A stretch of 63,874 bases of DNA, filler included, from Blastocystis sp. subtype 4 (Eukaryota), in the NCBI RefSeq assembly GCF_000743755.1. It is 4 parts of 4 records of this genome, joined end to end, with 100 filler letters (N's around TTAATTAATTAA, not from the genome) between each part and the next. Parts side by side here need not be neighbours in the genome. Positions count along the whole stretch, not along the records: positions 19,457 to 34,372 come from NW_014569287.1; positions 34,473 to 49,238 come from NW_014569285.1; 2 more parts are not named here. One strand, given 5' to 3'. The notes beneath the pieces are model-generated. The model had not been told where the DNA came from. It saw only the letters and a list, made by a program, of their open reading frames with translations, and searched no databases. The position numbers and the translations under genes are program-made. Shown here one piece after another: positions 26,384-38,630 of this stretch; the stretch's first letter is position 1; every line of letters starts with the position of its first letter.

Positions 26384-28652
26384 ATGTACAGCGAAAAGCA
26401 CCAGTATATCTATGAAATTGCTCCAGCTACTGAAACAACAGTAAATCTGAGGACAGTTCGGTGATCCCTAGAGTCCAATCTGGAGAAGTACCAAGTGTAA
26501 AGATGGCGAGAATGTCTCCTACTTTTATCCTGAGGCAACAACCCTGTATTTCCTTGTCTATAAGGATGAGCTGTAGTCATGAAATCTTCATGCGAGGTAG
26601 AAGTATCTCTCCAGATGATCCATGTTATGGATATCGTCCTCTTGTTTGGATGTGGTTCGGTATTGATTGTAGGATGACAAAGGAAATGCGGGGGATTTCG
26701 TTTGGTTTTCATACAATGAGGTCTGGGAACGTGTTCAGGATTTTGCTAGTGGACTCATTAAGCTCGATCTAGTTCCAGAGCGACATGGAGTAGGAACAGT
26801 TGGCCAACTTCATATCTCTAGTTCAGATGTCTTGGAATTTTCGCAAGAAATCGAGTGGAATGGTGTATTGCTGAGCAAGCCTGCAACGCGTACAATTTCA
26901 CCCTAGTTCCAACTTATGAAACCCTTGGAGCTGATTCTGTTCTCTATATTCTTCGAGAAACCGAAATGAACACAATTGTATGTAGTTCTGCGGAAACGGT
27001 GAAAGTGTTGTCTATGGTTGAACGGAATGTTCCATTAAAGGCAGTAATCCAAATGGAAGACATTACAGACAAAGATCGCACACTTGCTAAGGAAGCTGTA
27101 GATTCTCAATCTTCTTATCATGAATAGAATATTGTTTTATACAGTATGAGTGAGATTGAGAAGATTGGTCGAGAGAATCGTGTTCAGAATACTCCTCCCA
27201 AACCTAGTGACATTTGTACAATTTGCTTCACTTCGGGTACTACTGGAGTTCCAAAAGGAGCCATGATTTCTCATCAGAACGTCGTAGGTTCGTTAGCAGG
27301 TTGCTTAAGAACCAACATCGCTGCTCACAAATGGACTCGTTACCTCTCCTATCTTCCTCTTGCTCATGTACTTGAGCGTCTTCTCCATGCTGCTGTTCTT
27401 CAAGAAGGAGGTCGAATTGGATTCTATCAAGGTTCCACTGCCACCATCACAGATGACATGAAAGCTCTTCGTCCAACCATCTTCACTTCTGTTCCTCGTT
27501 TGTATATCCCTTCCTCTTTCTTAATTTTCTAGACTGAATAAGATCTATCAGAAGGTTACTGAGAAAGTGAATGCCAAAGGAGGAATTGCAAAATTCTTGT
27601 TCTATCGTGGTATGGAGGCTAAGAAAGAGAATATGAAGAAGGGATATAATTATCATTGGTTCTATGATCGATTTGTATTCTCTCAAATCACTGCAAGTGT
27701 TGGATTGGATGAATGTGAATTAACTATCTCTGGATCAGCTCCTCTTTCTTCGGTTGTTCTTGACTTCTTACGATGTGTGATTGGTAATGTTGTTGTTGAA
27801 GGATATGGTGCCACTGAAACAGCAGGAGCCACACTTCTTCAACTGTATAATGATTATACTAGTGGGAATGTTGGTGGTCCGATGTCCTGTTGTGATATGC
27901 GTCTTGAGGATGTACCTGATATGGAGTATCTTCATACTGACAAGTCTCATAATGGGCTTCCTTGTATTGGACGAGGAGAACTGTGTATGCGAGTGAGTAT
28001 TTCGAAGGAAAGTGATTGGTAGGGATATAACGTAAGTCCTGGGTATTTCCGTCATCCGGAATTGACCAAAGAAGCATATGATAAGGATGGATTCTTCCAT
28101 ACTGGTGATATTGTTATGGTATTCCCGAACGGTGCTATCAAGGTGATCTCTTGGTCTCCTCCTCATTGATAGATCATTGATCGTAAGAAGAACTTCTTCA
28201 AGCTGTCTCAAGGTGAGTATGTGGCTGCAGAGAAGCTGGAACTCATTTATGGTCAATCTCCTCTGGTCAGCCAGATCTTTGTATATGGAGACTCGCTTCG
28301 GTCGTTCCTGGTTGCAATGATTGTTGCTGAACATAGTGGAGTGATGATTTGGGCGAAGGAACATGGTATGACTGATAAGTCGTTTGAAGATCTTTGCAAG
28401 TCTCCTGAACTGAAAGCAGCTATGAAAGAGGATTTTGCTCGTCTAATGAAAGAAAATGGTCTCAAGGGTTTTGAACGACTTGTTGATTTCAAGATTCTGT
28501 CGGAGCAATGGACAACGGAAAATGGTCTTCTTACTCCTACTTTCAAGTTGAAGAGATCTTTTGTCCAAAAAGCGTAAGTGATGATGAAATGGTTGATTGA
28601 TAGTTTCCAATCTGATTTAGATGAGCTGTATGCAGCTAATCCCGAACATTAA
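26384..28652 (+). CDS. ACSL: Long-chain acyl-CoA synthetase (paralog 1)
   Basis: FTSGTTGVPKG, YLPLAHVLER, EGYGATE, GFFHTGDI, IIDRKKNFFKLSQGEYVA and LLTPTFKLKR. Confidence 0.92.
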
Positions 28653-28719
28653 TTGTTATTCATTGTTTGTACGAAACATTTGACAAATATCAGTTCTCTT
28701 CGTCTTCCATTATTTGACT

Positions 28720-30042
28720 ATGGAAGACTACGAAACGATTTGCAATGTATCTCATAAGCGAATGCTTGAGATTTCTGCCTATATCCGCGATCAAATGGAC
28801 CGGGGACTGCGAGGTGACACATCTGATCTGAAGATGATCCCTACGTTTGTTGACTCTGTCTGTACAGGTATCTGTCTGTAGTAATGCTAAATCGAAGGTC
28901 AAGAACAGGGAATGGCGATGGCAATGGACATGGGAGGAAGCAATGTACGAGTTACAAAGTATCGATTGATGGGAAATGGAGTGCTCGAGATTGTTAAAGA
29001 GGTTAAAAAGGTCTTCCCTGAGGAATATCTTACCGGAAATGCAGATCAAGTATTCGGGTTTCTAGCAGACTGCATTAAGGAAACATCCCCAGAAACCAAT
29101 ATGAAATTTGGATTCACATTCTCTTTTCCCTGTGAGCAAACTGCAATCAACAGATCAAAACTAATGATCTGGACAAAGGGTTTTGCCGCAACTGGTTGTA
29201 TCGGGAAAGACCCCGTTATGCTGTTGGAAAAGGCTCTTCAGGAAAGAGGGATTGACATGAAGGTCACCGCTTTCTGTAATGATACCGTTGGAACTCTGAT
29301 ATCACGATCCTACAGTGACCCTAATACAGCTGTGGGTATTATTCTGGGTACAGGATGCAATGCCGCCTACATGGAGAACGTCGATCGCATCACCAAAATG
29401 AAAGTGAAGAGTAGAACTGGAAAGATGATCATCAACATGGAGTGTGGAGCTACAGGAGATGGAAATCCATCGATTCTCCCTCGGCTTCCCTTTGACATTG
29501 CGCTTGATCCTTTGACTCCGAATCCAGAACATCAAACTCTGGAAAAGATGATGTCAGGGTATTATTTAGGAGAGTTGAGTCGAATGTGGGCTGTTGATTT
29601 GTATTCCAAGAAGCAATTGTTCGTTGGTCATCCAGGCGACTGCGATTTTTTGACAAAGAACCTCTGTTTTGACTCAAAATACTGCTCGCTAATTCTTGGA
29701 GATACGACGGAACACTTGGAAGAGATTGATCGAATCCTCACTCAATTCGGTATTCTTCACTCAACCGATGAGGACAGAGAAAAGATGCAACGTATTGTTT
29801 ATCACATTGTGAAGCGTTCTGCTCGTCTCATGGCTTCCTTCGTCCATGCAATCTACACTCACATGGGCGAAGACTTTAATGGATGTACTGTTGGTGTTGA
29901 CGGAAGTGTTTATAAATTTATGCCATATTATCAGGGATGGGTTAATGATGCCCTTCGTGAATTAGGAAGGGAAGATATCTTTCTTGGATATGCAGAGGAT
30001 GGATCATGTATTGGAGCTGCTCTGATTGCATTTGAGTCATAA
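28720..30042 (+). CDS. HXK: Hexokinase
   Basis: DLKMIPTFV, MDMGGSNVRV, FGFTFSFPCEQ, WTKGF, NDTVGTL, ILGTGCNAAY, VGVDGSVY and EDGSCIGAAL. Confidence 0.95.
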
Positions 30043-30167
30043 ATTGATACGTTGTGTTTGTTGGGAATGACATATTCACTCTCACTAGGGAGTTGGTACT
30101 CTATAAAACCTTGTATTGACATACTGTCAATTGAATACAACTCCAAATCATATCAACTACTGAGAAG

Positions 30168-31384
30168 ATGGAGATGGAATCCAAGAGTAGAATGAAGTTT
30201 AGTAACCTCAATTGTAGATAATAAAGAAAGAGTTGAGGAGACTGACGATCTTTTAGACTTGTATGGTTTGTAGTTTTGTATCTTACTCATAGCTTGATGA
30301 ATGATGAAGATAAAACTGGGTACTGAAAGATTGGTGTTCCTAAATGCACAGACCCAAATTCGAAGTACAATCTATTCCACATGAGGAAGGTAGCATTGGT
30401 TCAGAAGACGAATATGAGTACACAGACTCTTCGTCGGAAAGCGAAGACATCCAGATTATTTTGAATGCGGATGATCAAATAGCTGCTGAGAAACGTCTTG
30501 ACCAAAGTGCAGAAGGGATCCAGGATGGACTGGTTCATATTCCTGACGAGGATACGAAATCTGCCTTTGATATTGACATTAACAAGCTGAAACTCAGAAA
30601 GTGGGAAATGACAGGTGATGAAAGTGACTACTTCAACTACGGAATGAATGAATCGATGTGGAAGGCAATTCCTTTTTCAAGTTGTTTATTGTTAGGATTA
30701 TGTTCACTTGGTCAATCGTCGACGGGGAAGAGTGAATGTGAAGGAACTTCGTGAACTTAGTGATAATTTGATTATGCAGGGATCATATGTACGTGATTTC
30801 ACTGTCTTGACAATGATAGCTTCCTTACTCTTCTTCTGCTGCTCATACAAGTTCTCGTTCATACCATAGTAACTATCGTAAGTGTGACTGGGTTTTCTAA
30901 TGGAAGATGATTCGACTAGTCTGAATCAGGAAGAAATGGAACAGTTTTATTCCTTAATCAATAATCCTGATACCCTCAAGGAAGTTATGAAGAAGATCAA
31001 TGAGCAACAGGATGTTCAAGCAAGGTACTGTTTGTTCTTATGTTTCATGTAGTGAGCCACGGAAGGAGGAGCAGGCGCGATATTCATCACACCGTAAGTA
31101 TAATCTTGACATTTGAACTAGATCGACATTCTACGAGTCGTTCTCGACATCGCTCTGATTCTTTTGATCGAAGTCGAAGTCGGCGACGTTCTCGTAGTTC
31201 GCATTATTCTCATCGTTCGCAACGTCATCATCACCATGACCGGGAATCTCGATATCGACGTAGAGACAGTTCTGATCAATCCAGTGAAGATAGTGATCGT
31301 AATGAGTCTCGATATTCCAGTTCAAAGTACAATGATGGTATGGATCGTAGTAGAGACTATAGTTCGAAGCGGTATCGAAGATAG
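30168..31384 (+). CDS. FIP1: Pre-mRNA 3'-end processing factor Fip1
   Basis: Acidic N-terminus, Fip1 motif AFDIDINKL..RKWEMTG.DESDYFNYGMNESMWKDY and an RS/RD-rich C-terminus. Confidence 0.85.
30665..30695 (+). other. GC-AG intron in FIP1
   Basis: AAG|GCAATT...GTTAG|GAT; removing 31 nt restores MWKDYV of the Fip1 motif. Confidence 0.75.
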
Positions 31385-31390
31385 ATGTGT

Positions 31391-31398
31391 TGTTTGTT
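31391..31398 (+). promoter_or_regulatory. GU-rich polyadenylation element TGTTTGTT
   Basis: Exact motif 6 nt after the FIP1 TAG (31382-31384). Confidence 0.7.
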
Positions 31399-31694
31399 AG
31401 AATCACCTACTGATCCCATAACTCGTTATTGGAGCATATTCGAATGCAGACTATAACGTGCTCTCAATGTTGCAATAGAATGGGATTGCTAGGGAGAATC
31501 GAACCTTCTTCAAGAAACAACAGGTGATAGTGCAGTGATTACTGGTCTATTAATCATCATAGTCTCCTCGATCACTGCAAAGATTCTTTTCTTCTTCATA
31601 ATAACTTTGTGTAAACTATTAGTAGGAGTATGTAATTTTTCGTGCTATTGTGCTTCATGTGATTATGGAGTGTAGAGTTTCTCACAGTGAGTAG

Positions 31695-33152
31695 ATGTCA
31701 AAGTATGAGCAAGTATTAAAAGACTTTATGAAAAAAGGTGAAAATAAGAAATGTTTTGTATGCGAACAGAATGTATCTATGAATATATCTGGTGATCTGT
31801 AGGGTCCTCAGTATTTTGTCATGGATTTTTGTACCCTTGTATGTACAGCATGCAGTGGTATCCAGTAGTTCTAGTATTGAATGGTTATTCGTAGTCGAGA
31901 GTTTGACCATTACGTGAAACATGCTACTTTAGCAACCTGGACGAAAGAAGAGGTGGATAAGGTATTGAAGGGAGGCAACAAAGTGCGACTATATATGTTT
32001 GTTCACTTGTAGAAAGGTGCCAAGAAGTATCTTGCGAACTACAACCCAAAGAAGTTCCCTCGTCCACAACCAAGCGATCGAACAGGATGCCGAAACTTTA
32101 TTCAGAAGTGTTTTGTCGAGAAGATGTAAAGAATGGATAAGCAATTGATTTGTAGATGGATGGATGAAGATGATGAAGATGCACCTAGAAAGAAGACTCG
32201 TCGTCCTCAAATCTCTGATGACGATGACGACGACTTTGAGCCCCGTCGTAGGCCTAAGGCTCGTCGTCCTCAAGTCTCCGATGACGATGATGATTTTGAA
32301 CCTCGTCGTAAGCCGAAGGCTCGTCGTCCTCAAGTCTCTGATGATGATGATGTTGAACCTCGTCGTAAGCCGAAGGGCCGTCGTCCTCAGGTGTCTGATG
32401 ATGATGATGATTTTGAGCCACGTCGCAAGCCTAAAACTCGTCGTCCTCAGGTGTCCGAGGACGATGATGATTTTGAACCACGCCGTAAGCCTAAAACTCG
32501 TCGACCTCAAGTATCGGATGATGAAGAGGATGAACCTCGTCGTAAGCCAAAGGGACGTCGTCCTCAGGTATCGGATGATGATGAAGAAGAAAAACCTCGT
32601 CGCAAGGCGGTTACTAAAGCTGCTCCTGTAAAGAATGTACCCAAACGACCGATGAAGAAGTCTGAGACACCTGTTGAAGAAGTAGCGGAGACACCAAAGA
32701 GTGACTTCCCTAGTTTCTCTGGAATTGATTTTAGTATGCTGGCTGCTCAGAAACCATCTGCTGATGAGAGTATTGATGCCCTTCGTGGTATGGTAGGACC
32801 ACAGCAACAACAGGGTTATGGGTATGGATATGGGTATGGATATGGATATCCTGCTCAGGGCTATGGTGTGCAGCAGGATCCCTATGGTGCTCAACAACAG
32901 GGATATGGAATACAATCCCCTGCATATGGAGCTACCCAACAACAACAGCAACAGCAAGGATATGGAATGCAATCTCCTGCTTATGGAGCTACCCAACAGC
33001 AACAGCAACAGCAAGGATATGGAATGCAATCCCCTGCATATGGAGCCACTCAACCTGCTCAACAACAGGGATATGGAATGCCTTCTTATGATGCAACACA
33101 ACAGGGATACGAAACAACTGCAGTAGCACAAGATTCTAGTTATGTATGGTAA
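31695..33152 (+). CDS. ArfGAP zinc-finger protein (AGFG/Hrb-like) with repetitive C-terminus
   Basis: Spliced ENKKCFVCEQ.GPQY......LVCTACSGIHREF..VK...LATWTKEEV...GGN, then repeats. Confidence 0.85.
32190..32606 (+). repeat. Coding tandem repeat, 7 units of ~57-63 bp (KPK.RRPQVSDDDDDFEPRR)
   Basis: Visible in both DNA and translation; units differ at synonymous sites. Confidence 0.9.
32810..33110 (+). repeat. GY run and 3-4 QGYGMQSPAYGATQQ repeats
   Basis: Translation of ORF 32133-33152. Confidence 0.85.
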
Positions 33153-33193
33153 TTGTAATTTCCCTTCTTTCCAACAAACACACGAAAAGACAC

Positions 33194-34247
33194 TTAACAG
33201 AAATAGAAAATGATGGCACATACGGCAATCACCACTCCCCAAGACCAGGCAGCATGGCTAGGCAGAACAGGTTCGTCACAGCACCTCTCCTTATCTACTC
33301 CAGGCAACACATCATCAATCACTCTCACTCCTTGCTTCTTGTTCAAGGTGGTCAACGTCTCATTCCATGAGGAACGAACAGCCTCAAACCACTCTTCCTT
33401 TGTCTTGTACTCTTCGGGATGAAGCACATCAGAGACACACACAGTCAATGTCTGACCAGTTCTCACATGGAGATTAATCTCATCCAAAAGATCCTCCTAA
33501 ACATGATGGATAACCCAATTACTCACTTTTCCTGTTGCAAGGACACATTGGCAAGGCACTTTTAGGTTATAAGCCACTTCCAAAACACCCGTCTTCAAAG
33601 GGAGAGAACCTTCTCCCTTAAACCGATGACCTTCAGGGTATACAACAATACCATTATTTGGACTAGAAATCAAACCAAGCCTTAATACTCACCGAACACT
33701 CCATTTCCTTGCAAAGAAGTCAGTAAACCACTGGCGATTGATACCACGCTTACGATGGAAAAATAAAACAAAATTGTAGAGATAACCACAAAAGCAAGGT
33801 CCGGGAACTCCAGCAATCACTCCATAACGAGAAAGATAACTAGAACCTCCAGTCATATATCCATCCATGAAGAAATCAGCCCAGGACCGATGATTGGCAA
33901 AGAACATGGTCTTTCCCGGCTTAATAGGTTTCGATTGCTTAACAACTGCAATATGAGGCTTGAAGATGTCGGCCACCTAGATAATAAGCCACTTTCACAA
34001 CATGTACAATCTTGCAAATACTATATCCAGAGCCCTTTCCACGAAGAAGTCCAAGGAAACCATATCTATGTATCATATTCTTTTATCAACTCGACGCAAA
34101 ACAAACGATATTCACCCACAAGACCGTCAATACTGTTCCTACTGCATTGACACACTTCTGTATACTGAACGCCATAACTTGTTTATCGTTTCTATGATAA
34201 AATGTGATGACGTACAGTCTTGACAAAATAGTACTGATTTCAGTCAT
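33194..34247 (-). CDS. PlsC/LPAAT-family acyltransferase
   Basis: NHRSWAD catalytic HX4D motif, VYPEGHR and LPFKTG. Confidence 0.85.
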
Positions 34248-34293
34248 AGAACCAATTGATTCAACAAACATTTCACACTTAACCACATAACAA

Positions 34294-34372
34294 TTACAGT
34301 TCATCCTCATCGTCTCCCTCGTTTCTCTCCCGATCTCTCTTCAACTGAGCTCGGAACTCATCCTCATCCATC
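34294..34372 (-). CDS. 3' fragment of a protein ending in ER-retrieval-like DEDEL, cut by gap
   Basis: MDEDEFRAQLKRDRERNEGDDEDEL* with TAA at 34296-34294. Confidence 0.5.
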
Positions 34373-34472
34373 NNNNNNNNNNNNNNNNNNNNNNNNNNNN
34401 NNNNNNNNNNNNNNNNTTAATTAATTAANNNNNNNNNNNNNNNNNNNNNNNNNNNNNNNNNNNNNNNNNNNN
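34373..34472. other. Artificial contig spacer N44-TTAATTAATTAA-N44
   Basis: Identical to the other two spacers. Confidence 0.95.
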
Positions 34473-35441
34473 CTGTTAGTGGTTCGGTTGTCACTGAATA
34501 CAGATATGCTCCCAACTCATCCTTATCCTTTGCTATAGTAGGAGGATACTTGAGACCTAAGGAACCATACAATCGATAGAACACAAAGCCTAAGAACACT
34601 TCATAAAAATCAAGGAATGTCAACATCACACGATAATCAACATCCGATGGAAGGTCTTGAGAGAACTTATGAGGTACTAGCCATGTGATCTTCTCACCCA
34701 TCACCTCTGCTTGGTAATAAATGCCCTTGATACTGATAAACGTCTTGCGAAGGGATTTACTCTTTATCACGTACATATCCCATTCTCGCACCAACCGTTG
34801 ACAAGTGGCAGTTCGCTTAGCACGAATCTCGTTCTTGGCTGGAAGAAAGGCAAAGAGATGGACAAGAGAGAGGGCATCATCCATATCCGCCAAAGCAGAC
34901 TAGTTGTGAACGAAATGAATAAACCAAACAGTAAATGTCGGATAACGCTCTTTCACCAAATGATCCAATGACATTTCAGGTTTCGATTCCCACTTACGTT
35001 GCACCTCACTGAACTCTTTTCGGCCGTGAGAACGAGTGATCTACACTTCAGCGTCTCCTAGTACTCAAACCTTCTTCAAAAACGCTTTCATACTTCTGAA
35101 ATAGTCGATAATTGGTTCATGTGAAATGTAGCTAATATCCTTCACATGATAGTAGGTTGTACCCTTATCAAGTTTCTTCTTTGGATCTCTTGGATAAATA
35201 CCCTTTAAGATACACACTCGCCTATTTACTCACACGGAATAAGAATTCCAAACCTGAAATCCTTCAATGACAAACCCAATCGACGAATAGCTTGTGCTCT
35301 TGTGATATACATAACAGCTTCTCCAGCATGCCCCTTCTTCAGCTTCTTTCCAAGAGTTGCCAACTTACGCTTGCTATTTTTATTAATGGCTTTACTCTTA
35401 ATGGATTTAGGTTTCGGTTTTCCAGCCGTTCGTGTTCCCAT
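34473..35441 (-). CDS. PES1: Pescadillo/Nop7, 5' part cut by gap
   Basis: [56 protein letters not shown] and [14 protein letters not shown]. Confidence 0.92.
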
Positions 35442-35511
35442 TGAAGCTGATGAATGGAGAATGGAGTGAAAACAATGAAACCAACAATATGGATTAATTC
35501 CCGTGATTCTC

Positions 35512-35519
35512 AACAAACA
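35512..35519 (-). promoter_or_regulatory. GU-rich polyadenylation element TGTTTGTT
   Basis: Exact motif 4 nt after the TA of the ACSL paralog 2 TAG stop. Confidence 0.7.
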
Positions 35520-35522
35520 ATC

Positions 35523-37806
35523 CTAAACAGATTTATACATCTGATCAATATCTTGTGAGTAATGCTTCTGGAGTTGCTTCCGAACCAACTTGAAAGTAGG
35601 AGTTAACATTCCGTTATCCACTGACCATCCAGTAGCATCAACTTTGAACTTCACAATACGTTCAAAACCACGAAGTCCAGATTGCTTGAAAAGACGAGCT
35701 AAATCCTCTTTGATGGCATCACGCAGCTCTTCACTCTCACATAACTCCTTGTACGTCTTGTCTTCCAAATCATTCTTCTTGGCCCACTTCATCACATACT
35801 CGTGTTCAGGCACAATCATAGCCACCAGATAGTTCTGAAGCGAATCACCATGAACAAAGATTTGAGAGATGAATGGTGATCCTCCATAGATAATTTCCAG
35901 CTTCTCTGCAGCCACATACTCACCTTGAGACAGCTTGAAGAAGTTCTTCTTACGATCAATGATCTTCAGAGCGTAGTTAGGAAGAATAATTGCAATATCT
36001 CCTGTTGCTAAGAAACCATCCTTATCAAAGGACTTTGATGTCAACTCTGGTGACTTGAAATACCCAGGAGTAATGTTATGACCACGGATCCATAACTCAC
36101 CACGTCCCTTACAAGGGGTACCGTTATGATCTCGATCTGTTGTCATATATCCCATCTCAGGAACATCAACAAGTTTGATATCACAACATGGCAGAGCTCC
36201 GCCGACATTACCAATAGAATAATCACCTCCAACTTGTAATGTCGTAGGTCCAGTTGTCTCAGTAGCTCCATAGCCCTCAATCACAACTCCATTCAGTAAA
36301 CAACGTAGGAATAACAGGATCTCTTTAGAAAGAGGAGCAGAGCCACTAATAGTGACTCGAGTTCGATCCAGTCCAACCATCTTCCGGATCTAAAAATGAA
36401 TTAGATGACACAACACGACAGTATTGAAGACGAGTGTATCATAGAGCCAATTAGCACTGCTTTGACCAGCTTCCATCTGGGCTTGCTTTACTGTCAAACC
36501 ACGATTGAAGAGAAAACGAACAATGGCATATTGCTGACTAATCTTCTCGGTGAGAGCATCATATATCTTATTCAATCTAAATTAGAGCAAACAATCATTC
36601 TTACAGACGAGGAACTGAAGTGAACACAGTAGGTCGTAACGCACGAATATCATCGAGAATGGTACGTGTGCTTCCCTATCATTAACTCATAGCATAAGCG
36701 ATACTTGATAGAATCCAATACGTGCTCCTCCAATTAACATAGCAAGATTCATGATTCGTTCAAGGACGTGAGCTAAAGGAAGATAGGAGAGATAGCAGTC
36801 TCCAACCACAGGGCAAATACCAGTATACAAACAACCACTCACTGCTGAAATGAAGTTCCTGTGTGAGATAAGAACACCCTTTGGCATGCCTGTAGTTCCA
36901 CTTGTATAACAGATAGTACAAATATCTTCAGCATGTGGAGGAGTATTCACCACACGATGATCATGACCAATAGCCATCAACTCTTTTGTCGTCATCATTT
37001 CGATATTCTGTGGATAATAGTCGACCACACAAATCTACATGTTGCTTGGCAATTTCTCGTGTCTTCGGATCGATGTCTCCCATGTGAATGATCATTTTCA
37101 GATCAGGAGTCTTATCGCCCAAGGCCAACAACTATGTTGAATGACAATAACCACGAATACTTTGAGCGTCTCTTCAGGAGCACAAACACATGTCTTCATT
37201 TCTGTCTGTTGGAGGATAAATTCAACAGAATCTGCACCCAATGTATCATAAATGGGGCAGAGAGTCATACCGTACGCATTACAGCTCTGCTCAGTAAGAA
37301 CCCAATCAACACTGTTCTTGCCGTAAACACCAATAATACGGTACTACGTATAAGATGATAAACTAAAATATACTCCATCCTTCTCTGGAACCAAATTCTG
37401 ATGGATCAATCCAGAGGCGAAATCTTGGACCATCTCCCAAACTTCATTATACGTGTACCACTTGAAATCCTGGGCTTTTCCATCTGGTCCCTACATGTAA
37501 TAATAAGAATAAAAGGAATACAATAGGTCGATAGCCATAACAAGGACCATCGGGACTAAGCCGTTTTCCTCGAAGGAAACAATCATACCTGCTCAAGTTA
37601 GATAAACTTGAAAGAAGAAGAAGCCATTCAACCAACACCAAGTCATTCAACGTACATAGTCTCTACTTCAGCGAAATATGTGGCAACCATTTCCTGTTTG
37701 GGACACTGAGTACTGCGGATCACAGCAGACTACGATTGATACCGATACAATCACCTACTTCAGTACGGGTACTTGGCTTATATTCAAAACCATAGATGTG
37801 GTTCAT
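35523..37806 (-). CDS. ACSL: Long-chain acyl-CoA synthetase (paralog 2)
   Basis: YTSGTTGMPKG, YLPLAHVLER, EGYGATE, LATGDI and IIDRKKNFFKLSQGEYVA. Confidence 0.92.
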
Positions 37807-37966
37807 TTGTACAAAACTCAATTAACAAAATAATAAAATACCTGTTGCGGATCAAGTGATAATCGAAATCGCCGCTTTTCCAATTGTGTAGAAAACGAAA
37901 CAAATTATGGCATGAAACGGTTGTATGTTTGGAAAACAGTGTACAGACAGATAAATAGGATGCAAT

Positions 37967-38589
37967 TCACTTTTTCGCAACAGATTTCTTCTTCTTAGGC
38001 TTTGGAGGTCCCAGTTCACCTAACATGCCAACAGGTTCCTTCTTATCCTTTTTCCCCTTCTTCTTGTCCTTCTTTCCAGCTGACTTCTTCTTTGATTTTC
38101 CTTTCTCCTTCGGTTCTGATGGAGTTTCTTTTGGAATATCTTCCACATCTTCATCAAGAGTTTCCTTAATTCCTTCCTTCTTTGGTTCTGAAGGTAGATC
38201 TTCCTCCGCGAAGTCATCAATAAACTCGTCTTGATCGACCTCTTCAGGTTGTTTCTCTGGTTGTTCTTCAGATTGTTTCTCCATTGATTCGTCAGCAGGT
38301 TCCTTCTCAGCAAGTTTGTCAGTAGGTTCGTCAGTAGGTTCTTCAGCATGTTCTTCAACCTCTTTCTCAGTCGAGTCCTTCGGAGGTTCCTCCACAGGGA
38401 TTTCATTAGGTTCCTTCTCAGCAGGCTCTTCCACACTCATCTTCTCACGTTGAACAGGATTCTCCACAGGTAAATCTTCATCCGAGAACACCTCATCATC
38501 ATCACTCAATATGAACACTTCTTTCGGCTTCTCCTCATTCACAACTCTCTTCTCTTCATTTTTCTTACCACCATCACTCTCACTTTCCT

Positions 38590-38630
<41 letters not shown>

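Noticed and set aside
27502..27532. GTATATCCCT donor in ACSL as a U12 intron
   Set aside because: Does not match RTATCCT at the splice position, and the paralog has an ordinary GTAAG intron at the same site.
32190..32606. CRISPR-like array
   Set aside because: In-frame coding repeats with synonymous variation and no unique spacers; eukaryotic context.
31989..33242. 417-aa antisense ORF
   Set aside because: Shadow of the repetitive ArfGAP exon on the opposite strand.
26384..37806. Lipid-metabolism gene cluster (two ACSL, LPAAT, PCYT1)
   Set aside because: The two ACSL genes are on different contigs and unrelated genes intervene.
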